A DNA stretch of 64,000 nt from Hormiphora californensis (taxonomy: Eukaryota > Animalia > Ctenophora), in contig CM035357.1 in the NCBI GenBank assembly GCA_020137815.1, positions 6,386,001 to 6,450,000 of the forward strand. Direction: 5' to 3'. Below are positions 24,875 through 50,084 of the stretch, piece after piece. Made by a program: the position numbers and the translations under genes. The notes below the pieces were generated by a model, which did not search any database, was not told where the DNA came from, and saw only the letters and a list, made by a program, of their open reading frames with translations. How positions within the stretch are numbered: position 1 is the first letter of the stretch; each line of letters begins with the position of its first letter.

Positions 24875-26027
24875 CAACTACTTTAAACACTACTTTAAAC
24901 AAATTAATTTGAGGCTCTAGCCATGCCAGATATGACAAATATGGCTACACCTACTGATGACAAAAGTGATGGCAATGCCCTTGCCGTTGGAAATCTTGTA
25001 AACGCAGCAGATCCCCTTACCAAAAAGATCCTGTCTGCCTACCGCCATGATGTGGATTACACCAAGAATCTAGACATCATCCGCACATTCAACTGTGCTC
25101 ACCTGGAAGCCGCTGCATCGTTTTTCGGTGCATCCCCCGGCTCACATGCAGATAAAACTAAGCGGTACCAGAACCGCACTACACTAGCCGACTACATCAT
25201 CATTCAGCTGGAAAGTCATTTTCCTTGTGACTGTGAGGGCTGTGGCGAAGGGTATGCAGTTAAACCAGGTGAATCTCCTCGTGTCCGCTGTTTTCTTTGC
25301 CAGCAGGGGTCTCATGATTGCGAGGCTATGGATGGCACCCTTGGGTCATTGACGGGGTCGGTCTGGTTGTGTCTGCCGTGCAAGGACAAAAACAACAAAA
25401 TTGAAACCTTCATGTGCAACCGAAGTGCTGAAGATCCAGAATCAGTGTTATCTGATGAGGAATACGAGTTCAAAATCAGTACACCCGTAAGATCGTTGGT
25501 CTCAAGGGGCTGAACTACTGGCAACGTCTTCAAACCCTGGGACTTTTGTCGCTTCAGCGCCGACGAGAGAGGTACACTATGATTCTTGTGTGGAAAGTGT
25601 ACAACAATGAGATACCCAACAGTACTGACATGTGTTTCGTCGACAGTCACCGCTCTGGCCCTAGAGCTGTCGTCCCTCGATACTCGTACGAGGCTCAACG
25701 ATCTATCTTGTCGCTATATGAACAATCATTTGCGGTACTGGGGGCAAGGTTGTGGAACACTTTGCCTCGATCTGTAAAGGAGGCCCCAACTCTTTATCAG
25801 TTCAAATCTCAGCTAGGTAGTTTCCTCTCTACCATTCCGGATACACCCCCCATCAGCGGTTATCCTGCTCAAGCAAACAGCAACTCAATACTAGAGTGGT
25901 GTCCATGATGCGTGTTAGTGTGTTATGTGTCGCTGTGCTGTGAGTGTACTGAGTATTGACTCTTTTTAGGAGGTTTATCTTTTTAAATATCCTGTGTGTT
26001 ACGCAAATTTATGAATTTGAATTTGAA
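24875..26027 (+). mobile_element. Internally deleted CR1/L2-superfamily LINE copy: spliced leader + ORF1 N-terminus (PHD finger) joined to ORF2 C-terminus + 3' UTR with GAATTT tail
   Basis: ORF1 24923-~25478 has C-x2-C...RCFLCQQGSHDC...WLCLPC. From ~25483 the frame reads TRKIVGLKGLNYWQRLQTLGLLSLQRRRERY...SFAVLGARLWNTLP...FKSQLGSFLSTIPDTP...SNSILEW* (25908). Empty site GATGCAAGAGACATG at 29222-29236 in the other copy; AA duplicated at both ends. Confidence 0.8.
24886..24913 (+). other. Ctenophore-type spliced-leader exon sequence captured at the LINE 5' end
   Basis: AACACTACTTTAAACAAATTAATTTGAG matches the 3' part of the Pleurobrachia/Hormiphora SL as I recall it (to be verified). It is followed by GCT, not by a GT donor, and is preceded by a partial repeat CAACTACTTTA. 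Confidence 0.75.
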
Positions 26028-26272
26028 GAGACATGTGCTGTTTCTAGTGGTGTTTCTCAATAAGTTACAAAATCAGGAACAGAAGAATGGATTTTCACTC
26101 CTCCCCTTTTTTGACGATCTGGGCTCACCTGTATTCGTACGAAAATTGAGGAGTCCAATTCGAGGATATCAAGTAACTGATTCAGTAGACTCTTTCCCTT
26201 GATCCCTAGTACAGATATTGACATTACCCCTTGGGCCCTGACATCCTCATTAATATCGTCCAACTTCCTGCA

Positions 26273-27560
26273 GGGTGAGGGGTAAAAGTGAGACGTGTGT
26301 GGGGTAATGAGGTAAGGGGAGTGGGGTGGGGGTAAAGGTGAGGTGTGTGGGGTAATGAGGTATGGGGAGTGGGGTGAGGGGTAATAGTGAGACGTGTGTG
26401 GGGTAATGAGGTAAGGGAGTGGGGTGAGGGGGGGGGGTGTGTGGGGGTAATGAGTATGGGGAGTGGGGTGAGGGGTAATAGTGAGACGTGTGTGGGGTAA
26501 TGAGGTAAGGGAGTGGGGTGAGGGGGGGGGGTGTGTGGGGGTAATGAGTATTGGGAGTGGGGTGAGGGGTAAAGGTGAGGTGTGTGGGGGTAATGAGTAT
26601 GGGGAGTGGGGTGAGGGGTAAAGGTGAGGTGTGTGGGGGTAATGAGGGAGTGGGGTGAGGGGTAAAGGTGAGGTGTGTGGGGGTAATGAGTATGGGGAGT
26701 GGGGTGGGGGGGGGAGTAAAGGTGAGGTGTGTGGGGTAATGAGTATGGGGAGTGGGGTGAGGGGTAAAGGTGAGGTGTGTGGGGCAATGAGTATGGGGAG
26801 TGGGGTGAGGGGTAAAAGTGAGGTGTGTGGGGGTAATGAGTATGGGGAGTGGGGTAAAGGTGAGGTGTGTGGGGGTAATGAGGTAAGGGGAGTGGGGTGG
26901 TGGGGGGTAAAGGTGAGGTGTGTGGGGGTAATGAGTATGGGGAGTGGGGTGAGGGGTAAAGGTGAGGTGTGTGGGGGTAATGAGTATGGGGAGTGGGGTG
27001 AGGGGTAAAGGTGAGGTGTGTGGGGGTAATGAGTATGGGAGTGGGGTGGGGGGTAAAGGTGAGGTGTGTGGGGGTAATGAGTATGGGGAGTGGGGTGAGG
27101 GGTAAAGGTGAGGAGTGTGGGGTAATGAGTATGGGGAGTGGGGTGAGGGGTAAAGGTGAGGTGTGTGGGGGCAATGAGGTATGGGAGTGGGGTGAGGGGT
27201 AAAAGTGAGGCGTGTGGGGCAATGAGTATGGGGAGTGGGGTGGGGGGTAAAGGTGAGGAGTGTGGGGTAATGAGGTATGGGAGTGGGGTGAGGGGTAAAA
27301 GTGAGGCGTGTGGGGTAATGAGTAAGGGGAGTGGGGTGAGGGGACGGTAAAGGTGAGGAGTGTGGGGTAATGAGGTATGGGAGTGGGGTGAGGGGTAAAA
27401 GTGAGGCGTGTGGGGTAATGAGTAAGGGGAGTGGGGTGAGGGGACGGTAAAGGTGAGGAGTGTGGGGTAATGAGGTATGGGAGTGGGGTGAGGGGTAAAA
27501 GTAAGCTGGGGGATGAGTAAGGGGAGTGGGGTGAGGGGGACAAAGTGAGGTGTGGGGTAA
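26273..27560. repeat. ~48-bp G-rich minisatellite (~27 copies) abutting a minus-strand 3' splice site; counterpart 29752-30500 (~16 copies)
   Basis: Unit GGGGTGAGGGGTAAAGGTGAGGTGTGTGGGGTAATGAGTATGGGGAGT. Confidence 0.95.
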
Positions 27561-28617
27561 GAGGTATTTTTGGGGTGGGGTGGCCGTGGGTTAAAAAATG
27601 AGGGGTGCGGGAATAGTGAGGGGACTGGGGTAACAAAACTAAAAGGGAGACGCTATTATAGTTTAAATGAGGTATGCCTACATATGGCACCTTATTAACA
27701 ACAGATACGAGCCGTATAAGAGGTGTGCCATAGGTGCTTATAATTTCCTAACATGATGTCCTTATAGCAACCAGTAGATCTTTGATAATTCCCAATTAAA
27801 TTGCCTTCGATACCGACTCCCTTTCCAAAGGGGAAACCAGATATTAATTTATTTTTTTAAATATTTAATTTTAATGCAGGAACCGACCAAACCAAAAACC
27901 AATCAACTCGTTATTTTGGTCAGTGACTGGTTTATCAGCCAATAAGGGAACACGCTCATATTATCCAGTCTATAATAATGAGGTATGTCCTATATGGCGA
28001 GTACCTTATTACAACAGATAAATGAGCCTATAAATGAGGTGTGTCCTAATATGGTGAGTCCTAAATTGTCCTAATATCATGAATATGGTGTACCTTATAA
28101 CAACAGATAGCATCTTCTGATAGAGTCCACTTTATCACACCGGATCTTCCCTCCCTGGACAGCTACTAAACACATTACTACCTTTGGTACGTATTTGTTC
28201 TGAAAATCGGCATTTTCTCACCACCCACCCTCCCTGCAGGGAGTGGTACTGGTTATGGGAGTGCGAACGAGAGACCCGATATTTGACGAATGAAACACTA
28301 ATCCGTGCCGACGATGCACAGGCGCCCTTAGTAAGGGCCCCTTACTGATACCAAATCAAGCGTTCTGGACTTTTGTATGATCGGGGGCTAATTTATTAAC
28401 AATTTAATTTATTCTTTTTTAGTGTTTTTTATAAGTTGTGTTTTGAAGTTGCTCCGGTTGTTGCGAGCAAAATTGCGTTAAGTTCATATAGACAATGTTA
28501 TCCACTTGAGAAAGTGATACTTTAGAGAGTGCGTTGGCACCATTTTTCTGGGTATATATTCACTATTGAGTGGGATATTAAGTGCATAATTTACATTTAC
28601 ATTTACATTTACATTTA

Positions 28618-28800
28618 CTAACAACTGGTGAAAGAATCAAGTCAAACGGACTTCAGGAGCCAAAGTTATAAGCACCGCCGTTTTTTCGACCGCAAAGTTA
28701 TCTTCGACCCAGCCGGGATCAGGCCAAACGCGCGCGCGGCATTCCCTCCAGTCCCCTCGTTGCGGGGGTGCGCGCATGAGGGGGCTGCAGCGCATTCCAA
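28618..28800 (+). repeat. GC-rich interspersed repeat; inverted copy at 53717-54129, interrupted by a TA MITE
   Basis: GTGAAAGAATCAAGTCAAACGGACTTCAGG...GCTGCAGCGCATTCCAA is near-identical at both loci. Confidence 0.75.
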
Positions 28801-29040
28801 CCCAGATTTTAACGCTGGCCCACAACAACAAGATCTTTGATTTTTTATTTAATTTGAAACATCGCGCGCGCTCGATCAATATTTTTCAATTGCGCGCCAC
28901 TATGCACCGCGTATAAAGCAAAATACCGCCAAGGCTGTTTTGTATTAATGTTTGGACAGCACAAAAGGCAGTTTTAAAAACTGTACAAATTCTAAATTTA
29001 CAAACATCAATAAATCAATAAATAAATTGTTTTTTTTTCA

Positions 29041-42413
<13,373 letters not shown>

Positions 42414-43077
42414 CTATAATAGAGATTAGAGAGATATTGATAGAGAGATATTTGGCACAAGTCCAAAGAGTATAATAGAGGGGTTACATATAGTGAGGGA
42501 CAATGGACAGGGGAGTAGATTCTAGAGAGATATGTTGTGGTAATGATATTTGGTAATAAAATATCGATTACTTATGTAAGTCTGTAGACGTGTTTGTATG
42601 CAGTAGTACTATAGGGGTCAGGGATAAGGGGATCGAGTGTAGGACCAATTCATAAGGTCACGTGCACGTGCCATGTGATTTTGCCCTCTTTTCTGCCCGA
42701 AATTCTTATAGCTTCTCTGCAGTTCAAGGTCTCTATCTGTATGTCTGGCCGACTGTAACGGTGGTGTTTCCGGTTGTCATTGTCATTTTCTTTTGTCTCA
42801 TATTATGATATAGGGAGAATCTCTCTCTCTGTATCTATCGCTCTCTACCTCTCTCTCTCTCCCTTTCACTACGAATTTCTATAATATAATAATATAATGT
42901 GTCTGCTACAACATATAAGTTATTTTTCACCGGCGCTGAATCTGTGAATGTGTGAGATTTTTATAGTTTTTGATAAATAGGATTTAGGGCTAAGCATTTA
43001 AATACACGTATCTTGTAACTAATTCGGCAATTTCCTACTTTGTTGCTATATCAGGAAAGGTTTAATTATTGTGAAGT

Positions 43078-43115
<38 letters not shown>

Positions 43116-43490
43116 GGAGGGATAAAAATGGGGGAAGGGAAGAGAGAAGGGGGAAAAATTTTAAACTTTTTTTTTGGGGGGAAAAAGGGGGGAAAATTTG
43201 GGGGGGGGGAAAAGGGAAGAAGGTTTTAAAAAGGGGGAAAAGGGGTGCCCCCCAAGGGGGGCTTCCCTTTCTTGGGAGGTTGCTTTTGGGAAATTTTTTT
43301 GGTTCGGGAGTTTTGTTTTTGGATGTCGAGTTTTAAAAACTTTTTCCGTTCAACTCTTTTGATAGAGAAAAATTGCATTTCTTCTTCCAATTTGACATCC
43401 CTTTTCCCTGGGCCAAAACCCTGGAAGCCCTTTAGCTAGTCAATGATCTGCGTAACTTACAGACTGTGTTTGCCATTAAGTGATCAGTTA

Positions 43491-44366
43491 CTAGATCCAA
43501 AAACCAAACAAGTTTGGTGGATAGCCGGGGCCGCAGAAATTAAAAAACATGCGAAAGTTTTGATACATGAACTTTCGGGGCCTGGGGTGCTGTTAAATTC
43601 GCGTTTCCATGATTATAACCAGCAACATTTTCAAACTATACGCCAGGAAAACTATCGCAATGATCAAATTATCGTTATTTTTTTATTCACATTATCATAC
43701 GTACATATCCACATGTATGTGTCAAATATAATGTGGGTTGTTTTACAGAATAATGGTGTGTTTTAAAAGAACGGCTGACTATCATGGAAACGTGAATTTA
43801 AAGGTTGACAAGACACCTAAAACTTTTCGTATATCGTCTTATTTTGATTTATCATTAATTTTCAGCATTTTTTCAGAATTTTTTGTCGGCTAGAAATATG
43901 TGCAAAATAGGGGGTCTACTGACAAATGAGTGTGCCTTTTTTAAAATTGATACCGTAATATTATTAATATCTCCGGTTCCTGATGAGATACAGAAACCGT
44001 TTTGGTAGCGTTGGAAAGGTCTTATTGAGATCAATCCAACGCAACCAAGATCAAGTCTTTATCTTTTGAGGAACCGGAAACGTGAATTTCAATTTGCGAG
44101 ACGCAGTGAGTGTGCCCAGTAAAACCAGTGCTGACAATATCGGTAGACCCCCTATTTCGAATTTTTTTCTAGCCGACAAAAAATTCTGAAAAAATGCTGA
44201 AAATTAATGATAAATCAAAATAAGACGATATACGAAAAGTTTTAGGTATCTTGTCAACCTTTAACAGCACCCCAGGCCCCGAAAGTTCATGTATCAAAAC
44301 TTTCGCATGTTTTTTAATTTCTGCGGCCCCGGCTATCCACCAAACTTGTTTGGTTTTTGGATCTAG
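43491..44366. mobile_element. TA-flanked long-TIR MITE with a Kolobok-type element inserted in its right TIR
   Basis: CTAGATCCAAAAACCAAACAAGTTTGG... mirrored at 44265-44366; TA at 43489-43490 and 44367-44368. Confidence 0.85.
43802..44260. mobile_element. Kolobok-type MITE (TTAA TSD, AGG...CCT termini)
   Basis: TTAA|AGGTTGACAAGA(C/T)ACCTAAAACTTTTCG ... TTGTCAACCT|TTAA with ~95-bp TIRs; TSD at 43798-43801 and 44261-44264. Confidence 0.85.
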
Positions 44367-44384
44367 TATCAGGCATTTTGTTAT

Positions 44385-45100
44385 ACATACTTATCGCGAT
44401 AACTAATCGCGATAAAAATTATAACGGATTCGTGATTATTTAGTTATCGCGATTAGCTATCGCGATTACCTATCGTGATTAGCTATTGCAATTAGCTATC
44501 CGCGATTAGCTATTGCAATTAGCTATCCGCGATTGGTTATTATCATATTACTTATTACTTATTCACGATAAGTTATGGTGGTTATAAGTTATCCGCTATT
44601 ACTATTATTCATTAGTTATCAGCGATTGATATCCGCGATTGGTTCTCCGAGATTGTTCTATGATTTTGATCATAAGTTGCACGGATAATTATCACGGATA
44701 AACATTGATAATCAGATATATCTGATACAATCAAGTTCTAGATGCTAATTCGCTCTTTTCTCGGTGGTTTTTAAAATCGTCTTATATTTAAGACAGTCAT
44801 AATTCTAGATATTACTAACAATTATAACTGAAAATGCGGCAGTAAACCTAGTTTAATAAAATATATCTGATTCAATGTTAATTTAGACTCTGAATCGCTC
44901 CTTTTTAGGCGTTTTTAAAATCGTCTTAAATTTAAGACAGTCATACATCTAGATATGACTACCAATTATACCTCAAATTACAGCAGTTGACATACGTTGG
45001 CAAAATATATATGATAAAATCATGATTTATAGTTAAATTTGCTCTTTTCTAGGTTTTTTTGAAAATCGTCTTAAATCTTAATACAGTCATATGCCTATTA
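44385..45100. repeat. Degenerate (TATCGCGATTA)-type short tandem repeat followed by three ~150-bp diverged direct repeats
   Basis: GCTATC(C)GCGATT units at 44390-44720; AAAATCGTCTTA(T/A)ATYTAA.ACAGTCATA at ~44772, 44917 and 45062. Confidence 0.7.
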
Positions 45101-47376
45101 TAACTGAAGAACCGTAACTCGGATTTTGAACGTGTGTTCAAGATGTCAAGGCAATACCACGTACCAAGCGGCGTATTTGTAGAACAACGGGAAGGCTGTC
45201 TTAAACGCCAAAGAAAACTTAAGACTGTCATAACTTTTGTTATGACTGTCCGTTTATTCTGTCCAAGCTTTAATACAAGGTTCACCACTAGACCTACCGA
45301 CTCCCAAAGTTTCATGGCGATAGCTTTAAAACTGTGGCCCCCATCGTGTACGCAAAAAGGTCGTTACTTTACGGTCGTTCGTCACGCTAAAAACGGATAT
45401 TTTGTCCAAAACACGACCCTGTGTAGCGCAAAAACCGTAACTCCAATTTGCATGAAATTTTGAACGTGTCCTCTAGGTGTCAAGGCAACACGAACTACCA
45501 AGCGGCATGTTCGTAGGACAACGGGAAGATTGTCTAAAACAAAGTTGAAATTGCCGATTTCAGACAATAAGTATAGTAGCGCTGTCAGAATTTTCAAAAA
45601 TTTTCAAAAATTTTCAAAATTTTTTTTTCGTAATTTCGAATTTTTATTTACTGGAAGGAAGAATGGTTGGAAGAGGGATATTTTTAGGGGAAGTTTGGTT
45701 GGGGGGGAGGGAGGATTGGGCCCCGGGCGCTTGCCAGCGCTATGATGCCCGAGACGGCCAATCGGATACCAAGAAATGTGATTGGATGTTTTATGTGATC
45801 GACTTAAAGCTGTATTGGTTTTATGAAGGAGTAGCGTTTACTGTCCAGAAACTTAGCTTTTCATCAAATACTTTGCTTTGTTTTTCAAAGGCTCGTTTCA
45901 ATGAAGTCTACCTGCTTGGTTTTACTTGTGTGGCTCACACCGTCACTTTATTTCATCTGCGACGGTTGGGTATATCAAGGTTTTACCAGCTGTTTACATT
46001 TTTTTCAGATCATCACTCAGGTCTTTAGTCTGCCCCCTTTTTTTGTATCACCTCGTCTACATGAGTCCTAGATATTAATTCTACCTCCTCTCTTCTGTTT
46101 AAATGTTCTACTATTACACTATAAAGCCTAGTTTTGACCCCCCCCCCCCCGGCCCCATTGGTACTACAAGTGTGCAGCAGCTGTTGTAACAACGCCATTA
46201 CTACAGAGATATCTGAGATAGTGATGGCGTAAACTCTGCTGCTGCAGTTTCAGACACTCAGACAGAGCTCTAGAAAACATCAAACCTGGCTCCCCACCTG
46301 CCGCAGTTTCAGACACTCAGACAGAGCTCTATAGAAAATATCAAACAGCTCCCTGCACCTGCTGCAGTTGTATCATTCCAGCTACTCCCTGTTCCGACTT
46401 AGTGTTGTTGCAATAAAGTTTACTAAATAGAGCTGTAACTTTCACGGCATATAACTGTAGTAGACTGCACCGGAATGTATGACTAAATATTCTTCCACTG
46501 AGGCGACTATCTGACTACATAACATGTTTGTTGAGACCCCTACACTCACACTTTTCAGCAGCCTCATAGCTTACTGTGTTAGGCAGCTATTATAGTATAT
46601 AGTGATGACACACACTCAGGCATTTAATATGCTTGTTTATTTGGTTGTTCCTATCTCTGTCATGGAAATGTATAGTGCAGTTGATGTCGCTTTACTTTCT
46701 TTGCTCAGACCCTATTCTGTTTTCTGTAAGATTGTAAGAAAGCAATTTAACATTCGATTTAGTTTCTGGGTATACAGAGTGTGTATCCAGTGTCTGGGTA
46801 ACTTCTAAATAGGTTGAGTGTGTATGACTCTATTGCATTAGATATTCCGAACAATGTGCCTGAGTTGTGGACAAATTGAGTTTTCTATTGTGTACATTTT
46901 TAGTGCTATATTCTCTCCTTCCTTCCCTCATTCTCTCATTCTCTCTCTTTCTTTTTTCTCTAAATCTCTCTACCTAATATTTCTCTCACCTTCCTTGTGC
47001 CATATTCGTGTCTGATAACCCAGCTGTCTAGTGGTCAGTCCTGCGTGTGTATTGCGTGTTGTTTGTTTTGTTAGTGCTATGCAGGTGTATATACTGTTGG
47101 ATTAGTATTGATTTAATGCAATTGAAACCAGAAACGCTAATTACAAATAGAACGAACATGTGTATTTACATATATTTATTATACAGCCTGAAAGTTGCCA
47201 GCCACATTAGCACTCATAAAAATTCACTGAAACTGAAACATATATTTTCTCCTGGCTCCATCTTGCTCTGTCCCTCTGTCTCTTATTTATTCTCTTTCCT
47301 GTTCAATTTAGCACGGTCCAGCGCATGCCATAAGTTATTTAATAACTTAGTTATGTCTCTTGGTATTCAACTCCTT

Positions 47377-48350
47377 CTATTGCTGCTCCTGCGCAAACGC
47401 TGTCCTGGGTGGCGGGGGTTTAGGAACCAGAGAATCTCTCACCGTAAAGTCTCTCTTGAACAGATTGTCATTGTGTGATGTTGTTGCTCCTGGCATGTTT
47501 ACCTTTTTGAGAGTTCTCTGTCTCCATGACAACTGTGATCTGTGTGCCGTGGTAACGGGCAACTCTGGAAGTTGTTTGTTGGCGGGTCGTGATGGCTGCT
47601 TTAGAGATGATGATGGTGATGATTTCAGCCCGGGTTTATCTGGGAGAGACGCTAACTTTGGAGAACTTGGTTTCTTATCCTTGATGCTAGCAAACACCGG
47701 TTGGGACAAATCCAGGACTTTCTTTTCCAGCTCATTGACAAATACCTGTAACTCCCCAATAGATGGCTCACACACGGGCTGGTCCCTGTCCTCATGCTGT
47801 TGGGATATAGCCTCGTGCAGGAAATCAATATCCTCCCTGAGTAGTTTGTGCTCCTCGGAAAAAGCAGCCCGGATATCCCACACAATTCGGTCGATCTTGA
47901 ATGCCGAGATGTTGTCCCGATAGCTGGTGATGTCAGGAGTGGAGGCTGTGGAGCGGGATGCCGGTCTGGATGGCGTTGAACAGCCACTGCTAGAGTTAGC
48001 CGTGCTGGGTCGGCTAACTGCGTAGTCGTAAACCGTCTTGCGGTCGTTTAGAAATCCTTGAAGCATCCTGTTCTTGGTAGCATCGAAATTATTTACAAAT
48101 TGCTGGATTTGAGCTACAACCTGCTCCCTCAGATATGGATTCTCTGGGAGGGCGTTTTGCCGCTGAGGTGCCGGGGTTGAGTGAGCTTCCAACTCCCAGA
48201 TGCGAGGAGCATTTGTACCTCCGCAAACAACTCGTTACTCTGTTCAACCAGGTCATCTCCAATAATGTACTTGATCTCAGAGAGCTCTACAGTAGGGGCG
48301 TAGAGTTCTATAACTGTCCAAAGGCTTTCTGGGGCGTGTAGGGAGTCCAT
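47377..48350 (-). CDS. CCDC24: Coiled-coil domain-containing protein 24-like, intronless, one frameshift near 48200
   Basis: PESLWTVIELYAPTVELSEIKYIIGDDLVEQSNELFAEVQMLL, then after a 1-nt shift IWELE...LPENPYLREQVVAQIQQFV...ISAFKIDRIVWDIRAAFSEEHKLLREDIDFLHEAI...EPSIGEL; these match the conserved CCDC24 blocks as I recall them. Minus-strand AATAAA at 47175-47180. Confidence 0.75.
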
Positions 48351-48908
48351 TGAACCATCCTGGCCATGTCATATGTGGCAGGATATATGCTATACATCGG
48401 GAGAGAGAATGTTAGTTTAGGTCAGTGATTTGATATGGGAGAGAGGGAGAGAGAGAGAGAGATAGTGGTATAAGACGAAAGTTAAATCGGGGGTGGACAG
48501 TGATTCGATATAATGTCACTGTGGTTACAGATTGAATCTATATCATAGCACGACCAATGACCATTCTGTTAAAGTTATCTTAGCTGGTCTATTGAAATTT
48601 AATCCAATGTTTTCGATTTAATAAGGCCTTTCGATCGACAGTGCTGCAGTGTAGGTACAGTGTACACTGTACATGTATTGAACTGCATAGCTCTCAATAT
48701 TTTGCCAACTTGCTTGACTATCGCATGCACACAGCTCACTGTATCTTCGTGGTAGTTAAAAGCTCTAGTGAGTGTTTTGTGAAACGTTTAAAATTCAAAC
48801 ACGTCTGTTGAAAATACTGTTGTCTTTTAACAAGTTTTTCCCTAATCCCAAACTAGCAACAACTGATCTCTGTAACATATTCTTATTCCCTGTTTTAGCG
48901 CAAACACG

Positions 48909-50084
48909 ATGGCCAGATTGGGCTTTCGGTTGTCCCTCCGCTTGGCACGAGCCCTGTCAGCCGCTCGACCCCAGTTAATAGTTGCTGGGGGAGTAACTGT
49001 AGCTGTAGCCAGTCTTACCACCTACAACACCATGGCCACTGCCCAATGTAAGAAGAAGGTATCGGGAGTGAGCTACAAATCATCCCGACTTCGGGAGAGT
49101 TTCACAGCCCGCGCCTCCATCGAGTACCAGGGGGAGTATTTCATGACAGGAAGGGACTTCCTCGAGGCATGGACTTCTGATGAGTTTTACGAAAAACAAA
49201 AATTAGAGCTCTATGACTTGGAGTACGATACAATGATTGAAACGTCCAACAGAGATAGCGATTTCAATACCTTGTTCACTGCCACCTCCCTCATCTCCTA
49301 TCCAGACTACGTTTTTCTCCGATCAATTCTTCTTCGTCCGGATGACTTGTCAGTGCAAAGTTTCCAAATGATAGATCTAAACCTGGACGGCCAGGTGACT
49401 CTGGAGGAGTTTTATGATATGTATAGGATGTTCACTAAAAATGATGAAACCTCAGATCCCAGTGCTCATCTAAGCACCACCCTCCGGGTCTTGTTGTTTG
49501 GGAAGAACGATGATGGAACAATTGATTTGGAGAAATTTACACGCCTCCTGTCTGACGTACAGACAAACTGTCTTAGAGCGGAATTTAACCGGTTTAGAAG
49601 AAAGGACAGAGAGGATGACTCGATTTCTGTTCAAGGATTTATGAGAGCCGTGCTACGCCGTACAAAGGTGACATCGATCCAACGAGCTCGGTTTATCGAC
49701 AAAACGGAGGCTTACAAGTCCTTGGAGGACGTCTCATTCGAACAGTTTAAATCAATGATCGCACTGTTGAACAACTTCAGTGATTTTGAGGTCGCAGTTC
49801 GGATGTACCAGATAGCAAAGAAACCACTTTCTAAAGTTGTATTTAAAAGGGCAGCCTTCATTTCGTCTGGCGAGGAGATTCACGATGATGTTCTCGACTT
49901 GCTGTTTTATGTGTTCGACGAGGCTGGAGATGGACATTTGTCGCATTCAGAGTTTGTGAATGTCATGAAGACTGGTGTTGAGACGGGGGTTAGTTCCTCT
50001 CAGAAACCGAAGGATGACACTTCAAATTTATCAGTGGGATCGTATTTTAGGAAGTGCATCAGAAGCGAAATGATAAAATCGTAA
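48909..50084 (+). CDS. Mitochondrial calcium uptake protein, MICU2/MICU3-like EF-hand protein, intronless, 391 aa
   Basis: Arg-rich presequence; ASIEYQGEYFMTGRDFL; LISYPDYVFLRSILLRP; EF-hand FQMIDLNLDGQVTLEEF; TTLRVLLFGK; second EF-hand VFDEAGDGHLSHSEF; C-terminal FRKCIRSEM with the Cys typical of MICU dimers. Paralog assignment (MICU2 vs MICU3) not resolved. Confidence 0.92.
   Translation: MARLGFRLSLRLARALSAARPQLIVAGGVTVAVASLTTYNTMATAQCKKKVSGVSYKSSRLRESFTARASIEYQGEYFMTGRDFLEAWTSDEFYEKQKLELYDLEYDTMIETSNRDSDFNTLFTATSLISYPDYVFLRSILLRPDDLSVQSFQMIDLNLDGQVTLEEFYDMYRMFTKNDETSDPSAHLSTTLRVLLFGKNDDGTIDLEKFTRLLSDVQTNCLRAEFNRFRRKDREDDSISVQGFMRAVLRRTKVTSIQRARFIDKTEAYKSLEDVSFEQFKSMIALLNNFSDFEVAVRMYQIAKKPLSKVVFKRAAFISSGEEIHDDVLDLLFYVFDEAGDGHLSHSEFVNVMKTGVETGVSSSQKPKDDTSNLSVGSYFRKCIRSEMIKS

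Larger units (their letters stand above)
24687..26267 (-). other. Second copy of the last two exons of the HEAT-repeat gene (26267-26129, 24824-24687); part of a ~3.7-kb duplicate (24430-28130 vs 28795-30990), probably an uncollapsed haplotype
   Basis: Both copies encode identical peptides; the differences I can see are synonymous (TTG/CTG, ATT/ATC, CCT/CCA, GCT AGG/GCC AGA). The introns differ by TE presence/absence and minisatellite length. Confidence 0.8.

Noticed and set aside
24875-24930. SL RNA gene
   Set aside because: The leader is followed by GCT and an ORF, not by a GT donor, intron stem-loops and Sm site, and it is absent from the empty-site copy.
26224-27690. 488-aa Pro/His/Thr-rich ORF, and the 298/302-aa ORFs at 29710-30626
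   Set aside because: Translations of the intronic 48-bp minisatellite; open only because the C-rich strand lacks stops, and they are frame-shifted between units.
47360-47923. 187-aa plus-strand ORF
   Set aside because: Antisense shadow of CCDC24.
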